Source: the human T2T-CHM13v2.0 reference genome, Homo sapiens
Assembly: GCF_009914755.1 (NCBI RefSeq)
Contig: NC_060927.1
DNA length: 64,000 nt
Strand: one strand, 5' to 3'
Position numbers and translations under genes: made by a program. Shown one piece after another: positions 60,661 to 64,000 of the stretch (the first letter of the stretch is position 1; each line of letters opens with the position of its first letter). The notes under the pieces are model-generated. The model made no database searches, had not been told where the DNA came from, and saw only the letters and a list, made by a program, of their open reading frames with translations.

Positions 60661-61919
60661 TATTATTTTTGCCTGCCCAGCATCTCTTTTAACATTCTTT
60701 GCTAATAGGACCTTTGCTACTCTTTGGGTATTGATCTCCTCTCCTCTCTGTGTTCTTGATGGGATCATCTGCTGATTAAGGAGCTCTGTCCACACCTTTT
60801 TGAGGGTGGTAAAAAACTCAGGCTGGGCTCGATACACCTTTTCTCCCTAGAATTGGCATCTTGAGCCACGTGACATGAAGACATCCTCATCTTTCTCAAT
60901 TCCTGCTCCCTGAAGCTCAGAGCCACTCTGATCCTTGCCCTTTCAAAGCTGGATTGTTTGGTTCTTGGTTGGTGTCTCTGAGATGTCCAAGGTTCTCTCA
61001 ATACATTCTTTTAATGCCTACGTTAACCAAGGGTTGATTTGGGTCATTTTCAATCAAAGGGCACCAATATCAGCTGGAAGTACACAGAAGGATAGATAAC
61101 TAGATGTGTTGAGAAGGACAGGAACCTTCTCCCCTGCCTGCCAAAAATAATCCTTTAATAGTGGTTTCATTTCTTTGTTTGGTTTTTCGAGTTCATTCAT
61201 TTTGAGCTTTTTATCTTCGGGAATCTGAGGACTTTTATTTTGGTGCTAGGGACAGCCTCTCTGGAGGAGACATGCTGATAACACTTAGCCTTAACTGCTT
61301 CTCTTGATTTTATTTGTAAATTAGAATCCTAAGGATCTGTAAGGAAATGAGTAAAACTTAATTGTACAACATTTAGAGCCTGAATTAAAAATAATAATAA
61401 AAAGAGTCTATAATGGTAAGAGGCCCTGGAGGATGAGATGAATGCTGAGCTGTGTGTCTGGGCATGTATTTTGTCCACACCTAATCCTTTCTGTCATGTT
61501 TTAACTACTCCTTAGAGTGGAGGTCAGCAGTGTCTGATTACCTCCAGAGTTCCTCTCTCTTATCGTATCTTGTCCCTCGCTCCATTTCCTTTTCTGGCAT
61601 TATTGGACAGCAAGTGTTACAACTTAAAATCAATACGAAGCAATTTCATTTGTTTATAACTATGAAGATGAGCGCTTCCAGCAGAGCACTGTACTTTCAA
61701 GTAAAGTTTAGGTTTTTTTTTTTTTTTCTACTTTTTCTGTCTGGTGCCCAAAATGCATTAATTTTTCATTGTACGAGTTTGCTTATGTTATCCCGCTTTG
61801 ATCTAAGGCCTTGTTACCATCATCATCTCTTTAAAACTGGGATTGTTGGCATCTGAATCATTTTTGTGTTTTGTAGGTCCTTAGTAATCACAGCTCCATT
61901 GAGTTTGTCCAGCCCTCAC

Positions 61920-62035
61920 ACGGAATCTTATTAAAAATGCAGCATCTCTGCCTGCCCCAGACCAATGGAATCAGAATTTGTGTTTCAGCAAGATCGCCAG
62001 GTGACTTGGTACATGTTGGAGTTTGAAGACTGCTC
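61920..62035. mobile_element. MER5-family fragment
   Basis: ttattaaaaatgcag...ccccagacc...gaatcagaat...ccaggtgact...agtttgaagac. Confidence 0.6.
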
Positions 62036-62091
62036 TGTGTTTGAATGGGATGTCATTCTAATCTCCACGTTTCTTCATAAATTTTTCACTA

Positions 62092-62469
<378 letters not shown>

Positions 62470-62602
62470 TCATATAGGTACGTGGAGGAAAATGGCAATC
62501 TTCTGTAAATCATCTGTAACCTCAACACGCAGTCTTATGACTTGCCATTTGGTACTATAGCCATTGGGTGGGTTGTTGATTCATTCTAAAAAACAATATT
62601 AG

Positions 62603-62954
<352 letters not shown>

Positions 62955-64000
62955 TTAGGAGATGAATGATGAAGATCCAAGTTCTGTTTTGGTCAGTGGC
63001 ACAAAATTCTTGAAGAAACCTTCTTTTCTCTCAAACCTGTTTCATTTGTTGGGGACCTACTGTGTGCCAGGTGCTGCTGCCTACCTTGGGGAACCGTCTA
63101 GTTGGTAATCACAGTGGAATATGAAAAGACACTGATTGGGCTATTGGATTATAACATGAATTTTTAGTGAAGCCTCTGGACGGTTGAGACAAAGGAAATT
63201 ATTAATGCATTTTGTTTTCTGCTTTTTCTTTTTTATTTTTTGCCTTGTTTTGCTAGTATGGATTTTGATTTAATTGCTACTTTAATTGCTTTCATTGGGT
63301 GATAGATTCCTCTGATTGAGTAGACCTTTTCCATCCCCAAATATCTAGGAGTTGAAACTTAAGGTCAGGAAGGACAAGTTCTTCAGTGGGAAATAAAAAA
63401 AAAAAAGGTGGTTGTCTTGGCAGCGGAAGCTTGCTAATTACACTGCCAGTTGTAGTATCTATTTATGATGGAGGCACTGGGGACCCAATTAGCAGGTCAT
63501 TTTCATGTAAAAGTTTGGGATTGGACTCTCGTGTATGAAGATGATATGGCAACCAGTGAGCACCTTCCCAGTGCAGGGGAATTGAAGGTGGTTTTAGATC
63601 TCATTGCCTTGGATCTCCACAGGTCACTGATAGGAAACTAAAGCTTGACTGTTCCTTCTGTTCGTTTGCACCACCAGTTTCTAAAGTTATCTTGTCTGCA
63701 GGGCCAACATTACTGAAAAGTTGCTACTTTTGAGAGCCTGACTTCCTGGGAAGGAACTGGTCATAGTGATGAGACCAATAGGGTTGTGAGAATTTGCAAA
63801 CTGGAAACATAGGGATGGGAAAGGCAGTGGGACCAGGAGGGCATTGACACATCCCTTCGGTCTGGATGTCCCATTTGTTTCGGGGCTGCCTCCCAGAAAC
63901 AATCTACTTGGCTTCTTTGACTAACATTGATTTGGAAATGCTAGAGCATCATCAGACAGACTGGGCTACCGTGTTCTCTCCCTGTTTATTCCTTATCATT

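Overview
Primate, almost certainly human, genomic DNA (about 47 Alu elements including AluY-like copies, plus L1, L2, MIR, MaLR/ERVL LTRs and DNA-transposon fossils). The only genuine protein-coding sequence is exon 1 of PTPRG (receptor-type protein tyrosine phosphatase gamma, 3p14.2). It lies on the + strand: ATG at 39452, [28 protein letters not shown], and a phase-1 donor G|GTGAGT at 39536/39537. The exon sits inside a ~4.5 kb CpG island (~37640-42100), with an inferred TSS near 38733 and a ~720-nt uORF-rich 5' UTR. Bases 1-37.6 kb are repeat-dense upstream intergenic DNA, including a nested L1M > L1PB > Alu stack at 23.9-32.4 kb; 39.5-64 kb is the start of intron 1. Nearly all other ORFs in the track are Alu/L1/low-complexity or GC-rich artefacts. 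I see no new multi-gene system. The best leads are: the uORF/overlapping-ORF architecture of the PTPRG leader; a candidate poison exon in intron 1; an Alu carrying a double templated inverted insertion; a ~35-nt poly(A)-tailed micro-retrocopy; a CpG-preserving Alu at the island edge; and a triple CACCTG inverted repeat. Repeat subfamily calls come from recalled consensus similarity and boundaries are approximate (no RepeatMasker run).
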